Shown piece by piece: positions 13,328-26,200 of a stretch of 64,000 nucleotides of DNA. The position numbers and the translations under genes are program-made. Source of the DNA: Phoronis australis (lineage: Eukaryota; Animalia; Phoronida); NCBI GenBank assembly GCA_002633005.1, contig NMRA01000401.1, positions 1 to 64,000 of the forward strand, in the 5' to 3' direction. The notes beneath the pieces were generated by a model that was not told the DNA's origin, searched no databases, and saw nothing but the letters and a program-made list of their open reading frames with translations. Each line of letters starts with the position of its first letter. Positions within the stretch are counted from its first letter, which is position 1.

Positions 13328-14005
13328 GTAAGAACCCCGCAACAGCTCTGTGATGAACAAAAAATCAGCAAACCACGTCGGTGTCTTCTTCAGTTGAGTT
13401 GTTTCTTTCAATGCGCGTACTTTCAGTGTTTTAAAATCAGGTTTGTTTTAATAATAGTTAGCCTACCGGCGGACATTTCGTAGAATGACTTGTGTACGGA
13501 GTTCATAGGACGGTGTTGCAAAAGCGGAATTACAGGGGAGCACGGTAATTTAGCCGTTTTAAAGCCTTATCCAACCGATCTTATTTGTGCAACTCGAAAT
13601 AATTTTTACATAAGAAAAAAAATCAACAAAATCTGTCTGTCAGTGTCAACTCCAACCGACTCGACCTGAGCATACAACAACTATAATGGGGCTGTTACTT
13701 CTACTCGGTCGCTTGAAAGAAAAGGATTTTAGTGCAACCCGGGCGAGGCGGAATTAAACCACGGGGCCTTATTTTTTGCCGCGAAAAACCAGTGCAGAGT
13801 TCCCCATTAGGTTGTGACGACGATGTCGGTGGCAGATCTACGTTTTCAGCTTGGGGGTAAGATTCGCGCGAANGCCTTGTAAGATTGTTTTGGTTTTTGT
13901 AGCTGATTTTGTTTCCCTGGCGACGTACTTTTAATTTTTTATTTTTTGATCCTGTCCCAAGGGGTGAGGCTACGTGACTGAGGCAATGCGTGTGGCCCTC
14001 TATAT

Positions 14006-14090
14006 ATGGGCGGCGCAGCACTGAAATAAGTGGGGAGGTTATAGCCTCTCACTGAGCCCCAGCAGTCACTCACTAGAGTGCGCCGCCCAT
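14006..14090. mobile_element. Short MITE with TIR atgggcggcgca...tgcgccgcccat
   Basis: 12-bp inverted termini; related sequence occurs twice at 40991-41123. Confidence 0.55.
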
Positions 14091-14188
14091 CGGTCCCCGG
14101 ACTAAAAAAAACAAGTTACGGCGGCTATATACGGCGAGTCGGTGGTTAATTCTATGTTCTTTGCCAGTCAAAATGACCCTGACATATC

Positions 14189-14239
14189 GCAACGGAAATT
14201 TCCTCAGCTGATATGTGCAACGGAAATTTCCTCAGCTGA
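14189..14239. promoter_or_regulatory. 28-bp-period tandem duplication; each unit has a palindromic kappaB-like GGAAATTTCC and a CAGCTG E-box
   Basis: gcaacggaaatttcctcagctga occurs twice; GGAAATTTCC at 14194-14203 and 14222-14231. Confidence 0.35.
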
Positions 14240-17081
14240 GTTGGCTCAGTATCGGGCACTAGTCACCGGGTTTATCTATTCGAGTGACTGGAGGTCAGCC
14301 ATCTGTTGTCAGTGTTGTGTAATAAGCGAAGCAGCCGTCAGCATTGTCTAGGCTATGTGACCTACATTAGACACGACAGGACAGACACGATTTTGCGGCG
14401 TGGCTCTATGCTCACTAGAGGGCGTAAAAACCTTTGTAACAAGCGTTTCGATTGGTTTATTTATAAAACTCAAGGTTATTGGTTACTATGTACATAAATA
14501 AGAATGCAGGCACTCATTCATTCTCTTTTGTATATCAAGGTTAAAAGGGTAGGGTTTGCATGTCTGAATATACTCCATATTCTCCGTTGGGTTTCAGAAT
14601 TATACGATTTATTGTTTATCACACCAAAATGAAAGCACCGATCAACCACATTTTATTACAGTACAAATAAAATTATAGTCATGGAATGAGATTAGACATT
14701 TGATTAATATTTCTGTTAAATGTACAATAAAAACATGCATTTTTAAATGCCTTACACAGTTGGTTGCTGTATAAGCAACGCCTCGGCTGTGGATGCCAAA
14801 ATGCACCGTCTTGAGTTAAAAAGTGAAATGCACTTTTTTGAACGATATGTAGTTTGTTTCCCAGTGATTTTAACTTCAGGGAATTTATTATTATTATTAT
14901 TACTTGTTATTATTATTAGGCCCACTATGTTTGGTTTATTAGTCTATTGTCATTGCTCAAGAAGCATAGTCAATAAGGTTGAAGAAATACGTCACCGTTG
15001 CTGACTGTGGAACTGTAGGAAGACGCTGTAGGAAGAGCGGTGCTCGAAGTTGTTTGTTATATAATTTTGTAGCTGCTTTCATTGCCTCACACTCTGTACA
15101 GTCATGCTAAGAAGCAATATGTTTTTTATTTTTCTAATCTGGACTGCAGCAATTTCCTCATGGAATACTTTTTATGTCAAAGACATTCGTTTTTTTATCA
15201 TCCGTAGTTTGTTATGGCTGGTATTAGAAGTAAGTGAACATTCAGATTTTAAGTATTTATTTATTATTTATTATTTAGTCGTTTATTTATTATTTATTAT
15301 TTAGTTCAAACAGCTACATACAGCTTCACCTCTCTTAAAATGGTGTTCCTTATCAGTTGATTTTTGATATGACAAATTGGCATTTTGATTTTACAATTAT
15401 CGCTATTATTGAAAAATTACAATTGTTACTATTATTACTATTATTGCTGTGGGTTGCAATATAAACCATTATAATTTTGGGTCCAGTAGAGTTCACTGCA
15501 TGCTTACGTAGTTTTGCACTTTTTTGGCTATTTTTTACATTTTGTTGTATGTAGCTGAAGGTAATTGGCTACCTTCAAATTTTTCAAAAGCTTTTTAAGT
15601 TTTAATAGTAGACCTGTTCAACTATATTTCTTAAAATCTTTGATGGTCATAGAATCTTTTTTGGTGCACAAGTTAATGCCCAGGTGTTCGTAATCATGTC
15701 ATTGCATTTTTTCTAAAAATGATTTTCTTTTCATGGGATCGTCATATTCCACAAACAAGCGTTTTTTGCATGAAACTTTTTAATGCAAAATTTGCTACTT
15801 TATTCCCGGCATTAGCTGCAAAAGTGTGTCAGCTAGAATTTTCTTATAAGGCCTTTTAGCCCAAGAACTCCGCTGTCAAGACTGAAGATGCCAATATTCC
15901 TTGACAAAATTCTTGATTTTTACAGCAGAGCCAACTCTCAGGCTAAACGGCCATAAAAAACTGTCACTGTTTTAGCTAAAAGAATAAAGAAACAGAATTT
16001 CGATGCTCCGTCAAAAAACGTTTTTGTTAGTGGCTCATATGTACAGCGACCTTGAAACCAAGATTTCTGTGAGAAAACGCTGTTGCGAGATTATGAGCTT
16101 GCGTTGGTGCACATAACTATTCACAGATCATCGGGAACATTAAAGACATATAGTTTCATAGTCTGCCATTAATATTTAAATGGTAAAATTTAAGAAATTA
16201 ATTCCTTGGTAATGAAGTTAACCCTGTTACTTTACTGTTTAGTTGTGCATTTTAAAACTAATTCCTAATTCCGAAATTATTTTTTGTTCATTGCTGACAC
16301 TCGCATAAGTCGACTGCAATGAAAAAAGAACATGTCAGCAGGGTAAAAGTGAGTTGTTATTACAGTTAAATAGTTAAAGCAAAGGGATACTTAAAAAAAT
16401 AAATTCTGGTAGAATGCTTAGAAAATTATATATTCATATTTAATCAAAATTTCTCAGGCGAATTTGATGTCGATACAAATTTTTTTGAGAAAGACAACAC
16501 ATTTCCATGATTTTAAAGGGGCACAGAAATTAGTTTTTAGAAGATGGCTCAAATGCTTACATTTCAAAATTCTAAAGAATTGTGCAGATATTGAAATGCT
16601 TTGGCTAAAATGACGACGGTGTACTGGGAAGCCCAGTTAAATGATTTATGAGTTTTACACCTTTCATATTTTGTAGTTGTTTCGTTTTATGCACCCAAGT
16701 GTATTCTTGCTCTTAAAAACATCCTTTTTGTGTGTGTTTTTTTTTGTTGTTGTGCAAGTCCAAGTTATTTGCTACATGGACTCACGGTGAGATCGTTAAA
16801 ATTTCAAATTTAATACATTGATTGGTGCATAGTGTTAGGACTTAAATTTCAACTTGGCAAGCTAAATTTTTTGCGTCTCACTTTTGAAACTTAAGTAAAT
16901 CAAAAACGTTAATTTTTTACATGTATGTCAGACTTTAATAAGCATTTCATGTGGTTCTTTTTCAAAGTCTTGATCCAAACTTGCCAAAACCAGGGGTACT
17001 TTGCCTGTGAGTTTGTGCTAAATTTGGCTTATGCGTGAACTGTACTGTTTTGTTTGTCTTCCAGGAAAACATTTAGTAACT

Positions 17082-17296
17082 ATGGGACCATCACGAACTA
17101 GCTCGCACGACTCCAGTGGAATTGAAAGCTCAGATAACGAGGATCGCTGTTCTCGACCCAGCTCTCCGTGTTTACCTACCAAGTACACGAAGCTGTCGGA
17201 GCGGATCCAAGCACGTTTAGAGACTGGAACACCGTTTTTCTCCCTTGAATTCTTCCCACCCAAAACTGCCAATGGTGCAGTCAATCTGCTAGCAAA
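17082..17296 (+). CDS. MTHFR: MTHFR coding exon 1 (Ser-rich N-terminus, [10 protein letters not shown])
   Basis: ccag acceptor 17064, ATG 17082, gtatgt donor 17297. Confidence 0.92.
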
Positions 17297-20200
17297 GTAT
17301 GTGTGTGCATTTATTTTCAGTTTGTTCTAAATTATGCTCATTTTCAGAACTTTTTGAAGAGTCTGGTTTAAATGTGATAGGTTGTCGTTTCCCTCAAGTT
17401 AACCAGCGTTCATATTTACTATCATTTGACGTCAGGTTCGATCGCATGCGTGACGGCGGACCCCTATTTTGTGACATCACATGGCACACAGCAGGTAATC
17501 CCAGCTCAGACTCGCCGACAAGCTCCATCACCATTGCTAACAGCATGTTGAATTATTGTGGTCTGGAGACCATGTTACATATCACATGTTGCAACCAGAC
17601 GAAGGCAGAAATCACAGCTCACCTACAGCGAGCGGCCAACCACGGCATAAGGAACTTGCTGGCTCTGAGAGGAGGTAAGACTTGCCCTCTCATAGCTTTC
17701 TTACCAGGGCCACTGTGTTTCGTTTTTGATTTATTGTCATATGAATTGGTGCTGATTACCCTACACCTTCTGCCGAGAATGTATTACGCATTGTTAGGCA
17801 GAAGGTCTCTGTGGTCTAAATATTATTTCCCAACCAACTGGAATTCTGAATGTAATTTCATAACAGTTAATAATTGAGAAGCCACGTTGCAGAATTCTTT
17901 GACATTACTGTCCCTTGTGCCACTGTGAAAGAATTATTTCTTTCTGATTACAGATCCCCCTGTTGGTGAAGAGTGGAAGCAAATGAAGGATGGATTCAAC
18001 TATGCCACAGACCTAGTCAAGCACATTCGAGAAGAGTTTGGTGACTTCTTCTCCATCTGTGTTGCTGGTAAGAAGTCTTCAGTATTAAAGTGTTTGTATG
18101 CTCATTATTCAGTAATTAATATTGGAAGACCAAGTTGGCGTCACTTATAATAAAAACTTCTCGCCAAAACCTACACTGCAGTATGCTTTATCCACCCATG
18201 TATGGCGCTATATTCAGCTTGCAAGATGCCTTTGTCAGATTTTGGGTTCAAGTTTGAAGTAAAATACAAACTAGGATGAGGATGGATTTATTCCAGTCTC
18301 GAACACAATAGTTCTTACAGTCAAGATGGACTTGTCACTCTCTAATAGTCACGCTGTTTATACAACAGTGTGACTAACAGGCATTTTACTTAAAGTTATG
18401 GCAGTCCAAACTCATCACCAACACTTGAAATCTAATTAAAGCTGTTATGAAACCTTCTATTATCGGAATCATTTAAAAGCTTTTAATTTATAGACCTCTT
18501 AACAGTGATCTCAAATTGTTCCTTAGTAAAACTAGTCGTGATTTCTGGACTTTGAAATGAATAGTTCGTTTTTGCTTGAGACCAGGCATGATCTCGGGCA
18601 ATAACGAACAGTGAGTTCTTTGCAAGCTCATCCCACTCTTCTAACCTGATCAACTTAGGAAAAAGTTGAGAGCAATTTTATTTTGGTATGTGATCTAAAT
18701 CAAGAGATCGAGTCTTTTATGGTTTATTGCCACTTCAAGTTACAGTAACAGTACAAGGTTAGAGTGTATTGTTCATTAGTGTTTTACAAGACTAAAATGT
18801 CTGTTCATGTTTTGATGTAATATCCCAACCTCTTCAGGCTATCCAACTGGTCATCCAGACTGTCCGACGTACGAGGAAGACTTGATTCACTTGAAGGAAA
18901 AGGTTGACGCTGGAGCAGATTTCATCATCACTCAGCTATTCTTTGAAGCTGAGACCTTCCTCCAATACACTGAGGACTGTCGCAAGATTGGAATTACAGT
19001 TCCTATCCTACCTGGCATATTGCCTATACAGGTAACATTATAACATACCTGCATTTTGTGAGATCTTTATTCTAGGCAACCGTATTTAACGTGAGCTCTG
19101 TTTTCTCAATGGTCTTGGGTACATACAGTTAAAGCCTAAATTTTTCCGACAAAATGGCTCAGGAATTCGCCGGCATGACGACTTCGCCGTCAAAGTAGTC
19201 TCGTCTCATTAAGGGGAATTTGCTAAGGTGGCCGAGCCGTTCTGTAATTGGAATTTTGCAGCCCTAATAATCTTTACCTGTTGTTTTTGCTGTTAACAGC
19301 TAGGGTTGTCACGGTACTTCATAACCTTAATGCATTTTATTACTTTTCATCACACCATGAGTTGTTGCTGGTATTAAGTATCTTTCTGCTTTTCCCGTGA
19401 AATGAAACGTCTTGTCTTTTAGGTGTTCATTTTTATCTGAGAATGACAAGTCTTCTCATCTTCAGTTTATTCTAATATCTTTCAGAGTTATGCCAGCCTA
19501 CGAAATATCACAAAGTTGTCTAAGATGGAGGTCCCCAAGTCTATTTTAGACGACGTTTTGCCCATCAAAGACAACGATGAAGCAATCCGTGCCTATGGCA
19601 TTCGGAAAGCCACCAAACTTTGCCAGGACTTGCTGGATAATGGCGTACCGGGTATACACATCTATACGCTTAATCGTGACGTTGCTGCCACGGCCATTTT
19701 GAAAAATTTGGGACTCTGGCAAGAGGAGATCCAGAGACCGTTGCCATGGAAAACAACTGCAAATCACTTGCGGGCGGCTGAAGATGTGAGGCCAATTTTC
19801 TGGTCGACACGACCGAAGAGCTACGTTCACCGCACGGAGAGCTGGGAAGAGTACCCCAACGGGCGGTGGGGCAACTCCTCCGCTGCTTCTTTTGGTGACT
19901 TGACAGATCATCATTGTTTCTACTTGGCCAGCAGCACTAGTAAAGCCAAACGGCAGAGCATGTGGGGAGAAGAGTTGACATGTGAACAGGATGTCTGGGA
20001 TATGTTTTATTACTATGTTTCTGGAAAAGAGAATAAATCTGGGGTTAAGGTACGTGAGCCAGCTTTTGCACTAGAAGTCGGAAGTCTATTAACGACAAAA
20101 ATCACCGATAGAACTATTATGCCAGCAAAATTCTAGTCGCAGAATGGTGCAGGTTTCTTACAAACATTTTTAATTCCCTTTTTATTTGCGATCATGAAGG

Positions 20201-23200
20201 AAGGCTATTGTGATGGAGAATTTGGCTTTTACCGAGCCATCATGACATTTTGTATGCATGCTTTTGGTGTGTGCTGTGCGTCATGAGTTAAAGTTCATGA
20301 ATACAGCGTTCTATGGTGTAAGTTGGCTGTCTGAAGGAAAATTACAGGTGACCATTTTGTGCATGCGATTTTAATGCGACTTCTTGTTTAGAATGGTGAA
20401 TAGATTGATGTAGTGTATATGAAGTATGGCCGTATGTAAACTTTTATGTCCACGCAGCTCTAATTAGGTCAAGCCGAAATCACGAACTTTAAACTTGAAC
20501 AAGTCAAGTTAACGCGCTGAATCTTTCCGTTTGAAGCAATCAATGAATCCATTATGTCCATGATTGTTTACTGAAGATTTGGAAAAAGCCGAAATATCCC
20601 CTATATGGAAGCTCTTGCATAAAGAAGGGTCGAAGAGATCTTTCTGGATCGATTTGTGTCATTCTTCTGTTGAAAATGCTGGCAATTTATCAATATTCTC
20701 TGAAAATTAAACCTGGAATTTCAAGTTGTTCTGTTGTCAACAGTCTATTCCATAATAGCCAAGACGTTGACAAAGCGAAACATCCTTCTCAAACATACGA
20801 AAAGTCCGCGTCTGAATGCAGGCTGCAAAGAACAAGCCTCATTACACTAAACAATTGTTAATGATAACACAATCAATGTTGTTTCATAATGTATGTCGAC
20901 TATATTTCAGGTTACCGAAACGCCTTGGAACTCTGACGACCTCGCACCAGAAACTAGCCTCATTACTGATAAACTAGCTCTGCTCAATAAACGTGGAGTC
21001 CTCACCATCAATTCACAGCCTAATGTGAATGCAGCACCATCTAGTGACAAAGTTGTGGGCTGGGGCCAACCTGGAGGCTATATATTTCAAAAGGTAAAAA
21101 AGAAGTCAAGAATTAGATCTGATGAAGTCGTTTTTTATTTTAAATTTTGATACACGCTGCATGGCTTTGCTGAAACATGAAAATTGGTTGACTTTTTTAA
21201 CAAACAGCTCCGTCTTCTAGTTCTGCATTTGGTAAAACCACTTGTCGGAATGTTCATATTTAGAAATATAGAAATGCTTAGTTTAGAAATACAGCATGAA
21301 ATCAGGCTAAGGCTAAAAGTCAGAAAATCTCCAACTTGAAGCTAAAGTTAACGCACAAAAAAACCAATGCATGACTATGGTCTTTTTGAGAAAGAGGTCC
21401 CAGACTCATCAAATTGTCCTCGCCACAGCAGGTCATTTAAAGCGTCAGCATGATCTCTAGGAATACCAAGCTTGTCTGTATTTCGAATATCACAAGCTGC
21501 TTCTCATCAGGATCAGGAAGACATTTAGAGCAGTTTTACTGCGCCAAGTGGTCTAAATCAATATCTTTGTTTTTCCACCACTACGCAACAGCTTGTGATG
21601 ACGGGCCGCTCCAAACCATTAATTCTAAACTGATGTTTGTGTTTACAGGCTTACCTAGAATTCTTCACAAGTAAAGACAAGGTGGACTTCCTGATAGAAG
21701 AATTACAAAAACACCCTCGAGTCAACTACCATATTGTGGATTTCACAGTAAGTTTGAAATGGGTACCTGTTCCATAGANTGGTTAATTCTCTGAACTACT
21801 CCTACACATGCACTCACTCGGATATGAGATCATACTCTAACAAAGGCTATTGTGATGGAGAATTTGGCTTTTACCGAGCCATCATGACAGTTTGTATGCA
21901 TGCTTTTGGTGTGTGCTGTGCGTCATGAGTTTAAGTTCATGAATACAGCGTTCTATGCTGTAAGTTGGCTGTCTGAAGGAAAATTACAGGTGTTCATTTT
22001 GTGCTTGCGATTTTAGTGCGACTTCTTGTTTAGAATGGTGAATAGATTGATGTAGTGTACATGAAGTATGGCCGTATGTAAACTTTAATGTCCACGCAGC
22101 TCTAATTAGGTCAAACTTTAAACTGTCTTGAACAAGTCAAGTTAATGCGCTGAATCTTTCCGTTTGAAGCAATCAATGAATCCATTTAGTCCATGATTGT
22201 TTACTGAAGATTTGGAAAAAGCCGAAATAGCCCTACATGGAACCTCTTGCATAAAGAAGGGTCGAAGAGATCTTTCTGGATCGATTTGTGTCATTCTTCT
22301 GTTGAAAATGCTGGCAATTTATCAATATTCTCTGAAAATTAAACCTGGAATTTCAAGTTGTTCTGTTGTCAACAGCCTATTCCATAATAGCCAAGACGTT
22401 GACAAAGAGAAACATCCTTCTCAAACATACGAAAAGTCCGCGTCTGAATGCAGGCTGCAAAGAACAAGCCTCAGTACACTAAACAATTGTTAATGATAAC
22501 ACAATCAATGTTGTTTCATAGTGTATGTCGACTGTATATTTCAGGTTACTGAAACACCTTGGAACTCTGACGACCTGGCACCAGAAACTAGCCTCATTAC
22601 TGATAAACTAGCTCTGCTTAATAAGCGGGGAGTCCTGACCATCAATTCGCAGCCTAATGTGAATGCAGCGCCATCTAGTGACAAAGTTGTGGGTTGGGGC
22701 CAACCTGGAGGCTATATATTTCAAAAGGTAAAAAAGAAATCAAGAATTAGATCTGATGAAGTCATTTTTTATTTTAAATTTTGATACACGCTGCATGGCT
22801 TTGCTGAAACATGAAAATTGGTTGACTTTTTTAACAAACAGCTCCGTCTTCTCATTCTGCATTTGGTAAAACCAGTTGTCTGAATGATCATATTTAGAAA
22901 TATAGAAATGCTTGGTTTAGAAATACAGCATGAAATCAGGCTAAGGCTAAAAGTCAGAAAATCTCCAACTTGAAACCAAAGTTAACGCACAAAAAAACCA
23001 ATGCATGACTGTAGACTTTTTGAGAAAGAGGTCCCAGACTCATCAAATTGTCCTCGCCACAGCAGGTCATTTAAAGCGTCAGCATGATCTCTAGGAATAG
23101 CAAGCTTGTCTGTATTTCCAATATCACAAGTTGCTTCTCATCAGGATCAGGAAGACATGGAGATCAGTTTTTCTGCGCCAAGTGGTCTAAATCAATATCT

Positions 23201-26200
23201 TTGTTTTTCCACCACTACGCAACAGCTTGTGATGACGGGCCGCTCCAAACCATTAATTCTAAACTGATGTTTGTGTTTACAGGCTTACCTAGAATTCTTC
23301 ACAAGTAAAGACAAGGTGGACTTCCTGATAGAAGAATTACAAAAACACCCTCGAGTCAACTACCATATTGTGGATTTCACAGTAAGTTTGAAATGGGTAC
23401 CTGTTCCATAGATGTAATACACTCGGGTAAATGCAAGATCACTCAAGCACGTGATCTCACTAGTGTTACGAGATGCTTACATCTGTGGAACTCCTCAACA
23501 GGGAAGAGTAGTAGATAGTTTTATGCTTCATGGCGTTGAAACACTAGTGGTTGTATTTCATTAAGAAAATCATGCACCCGTAGTCCCCACCCCAGGACCT
23601 TCAAATTTGGGGACCAGCATTAGTAGCAAACTGAGAAATGTATGATTTAAATGTACCTATTTTCATGTCAATGCAAAACCCAGCCATTAAGTCTAGCAAT
23701 ACACTACCCTTTAACTCTGTTAATAAGGTCTGAACATTGCTATTCATCACGTAATTCACCCATTTAAATGGGAGATATTGCAAGCCATTGCAAATATGAG
23801 GTGGAAGAGGTGACCTGGTTGAGTGTTTTGGTTTTGTTGTGGAAAAACGTTTTTCATGTTATGAAAGTGAGCGCCATCTAGGGATTCAAAAATAGGGTGT
23901 CCCAAGCCAGGTTACAGTTTGCTGTGATACTGCGGAGACATAGGTCTGGACAGGCAGTTGACCTGCTTACTATAGCTAGGCGTCCAAATGCTGCGCAAGG
24001 TGTCCAATTGCTGAATAGGATGACCTGGTTAGGATGTCTTAAATTTGAGTCTGGACGCTCTCTGAATGAAAACCTGGCATCAGTGTGTACCGCTTCAACA
24101 TTTTGCACCCATGGGTACGCATGTGCTGTCAATTTTTGCACTCGTTGGCACTTCATGTCCATCGTAATGGAATGTACTATTGTTGGAATACTTAGAACCC
24201 TGAAGTATTGTGTACCATAAAGACATAGTGATATAGAAAATTCAATAGCCGTAATAAGCCAGTGAGTATTCGCTGTATGACAGCTTATTAATTTCTTGTA
24301 GGGTAGGTGTGACTATACAAACTGTGATGAGTTAGAACCCATTGCGGTCACGTGGGGAGTCTTCCCTGGCAAAGAGATCGTACAACCCACAGTCGTCGAT
24401 CCTGAAGCATTCAAGATTTGGAAGGTATTTTCATTGCTTACAGTCTCTTTTCTCTTGATTTTTGTTGTATGGTTGTGTTGCTTAAAGTACACAGCGATGT
24501 GAAAACATTCTCCAAATACTTCCTGACTTGGGGATACAAAAATTTTGAAAAATCTTTTCCTCTTAGTCGTAAACAATTGTTGGAAACATGATCGACCAAC
24601 ACTTCAAATGGTTCCGGGGCATTTTCAAGAAAGTCTTGATGATGAAGTTAGTTATTGATGATTTTTGATCAAAGGATTATTTGGTAGAATCTTGTCAAGT
24701 TTGCCTTTAAGCAGCACACACTTCTTCTTATGTCACAATTTTGTTTCGTCAAGAGATTTTCATGGCTAGGAGAAGGTCTATGCAAAAGTAATTCATGGAT
24801 CATTTTTTAATTTGTTCAGTTTCGATTCTGAATTGATAAAAAATCTATGATGTTTGTCTTCATAGTTTGTTTTGTGCGTTTCATTTTTGGTTCTTCTCAT
24901 AGCTAAGTAAAATCTCACGACATTCATATGATTATTTGTCCTTGAACATCCAAATAGTATGATCGAGCATTTTTGCACTTCAGTTCAAGGTCATTCTTTC
25001 GCATATTTTTTTTAATTCTCATGATAATGTTTCCAAGGTACATCAAAACTCATTGACAAAAAACAATTCCAAGAAAATTTCAAAATTTTTGTGAATCAAC
25101 GTGACCTTGAATTTCATGTGCTGTGTCCATTTCACGTGCTGTGTCCATTTGTCGTATTGAAAAGTTTGCTTACTTATTATTAAGCTGGCGCAGATCTTGA
25201 ATTTCGGCTGGTGGGGGGGGAGCGGCAGTGAACAAACGGAGGGGGTGCTTGAGATTCCTTATTACATCAATGTGACAATGACTAGTAATTTTAAATCTCT
25301 GCAACCCCCCTCTGGATCTGAATCTGCCTCTTTAATTTGTCGCATGAGCTTACAGTGTGTTAATGGACATAGAAGCATTTGGCTATTTTGTGGACAACTG
25401 GTTCTGTGGCTTGTAATTTGATCACGAGTGACAGCGGTAGCGACACAAGACATCAGGAAAGCACAGAGTAGTAGTCACATTGTACCATCTCTTTGCTCCT
25501 ATGGCTGTCCAATAGAGGGAGCTATTAGACTTCATGAAATGCAACTAAACTATGCCTGTATTTGCCTTGGTACTTTTCATAACTTTAAAAATGGGTTTAT
25601 TTGTCGCCAACATCGAGAACTTTTTCCGTGGGAGCAGATGACTATGGTGGGCCAACTGTCCAATGTGATGAATCTCTGATTTCCGGCAAGAGTCTTTCAT
25701 TGGTTCAAACAGAGCAAACACTCCCACGTATTGGGAAGATGCGTTTTCAGTTTCTGAAGTGGACTGTTGCCTCGTTTGTGATCCACTTGATGAAGTGTTG
25801 AGCTCTGCTGTCATTTGTGTCTTCACATGATTTGGATGTGATTTGGAAACTACGGCTTATTCATATTTTGCAGCAGGAATTAGTGAATGAAACACAGCAC
25901 ATTTGCTCAGAGGGCTTTGTGTTGTGTTGTGTTGTTGGCTGCATTGCTCTTTGACTGCCAAAACATGAATTCTCTGGCATGGTATACTACTTTTTAATGA
26001 AGGTATTGATAATGCATGCACTCTGCCTGCATACAATAGATACAAATACAAAATACCTGCTGGTTTGATTATCAGAGTGTTAGCTGTACCTTTGTTATGG
26101 TATTTCATAACTCCCTACTTCCTGCTGGCCGCTGATGTGTATGTTGTCACTTAACCTTTTTGCACTAACTCTGTTTATCGTTAGCGTTGGGGACGGATAC

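Larger units (their letters stand above)
20201..23411 (+). repeat. ~1.57-kb direct duplication (20201-21778 and 21843-23411) split by a single N; probable uncollapsed haplotypes
   Basis: Near-identical introns and exons; N at 21779 at the junction. Confidence 0.9.

Noticed and set aside
18895-18945. Possible equivalent of the human thermolabile A222V variant
   Set aside because: Sequence is AGADFIITQ; the alanine is conserved
20670-23308. Duplicated short ORFs (MKMLAIYQ..., MISRN...) as conserved micropeptides
   Set aside because: Intronic sequence repeated only because of the haplotype-like duplication
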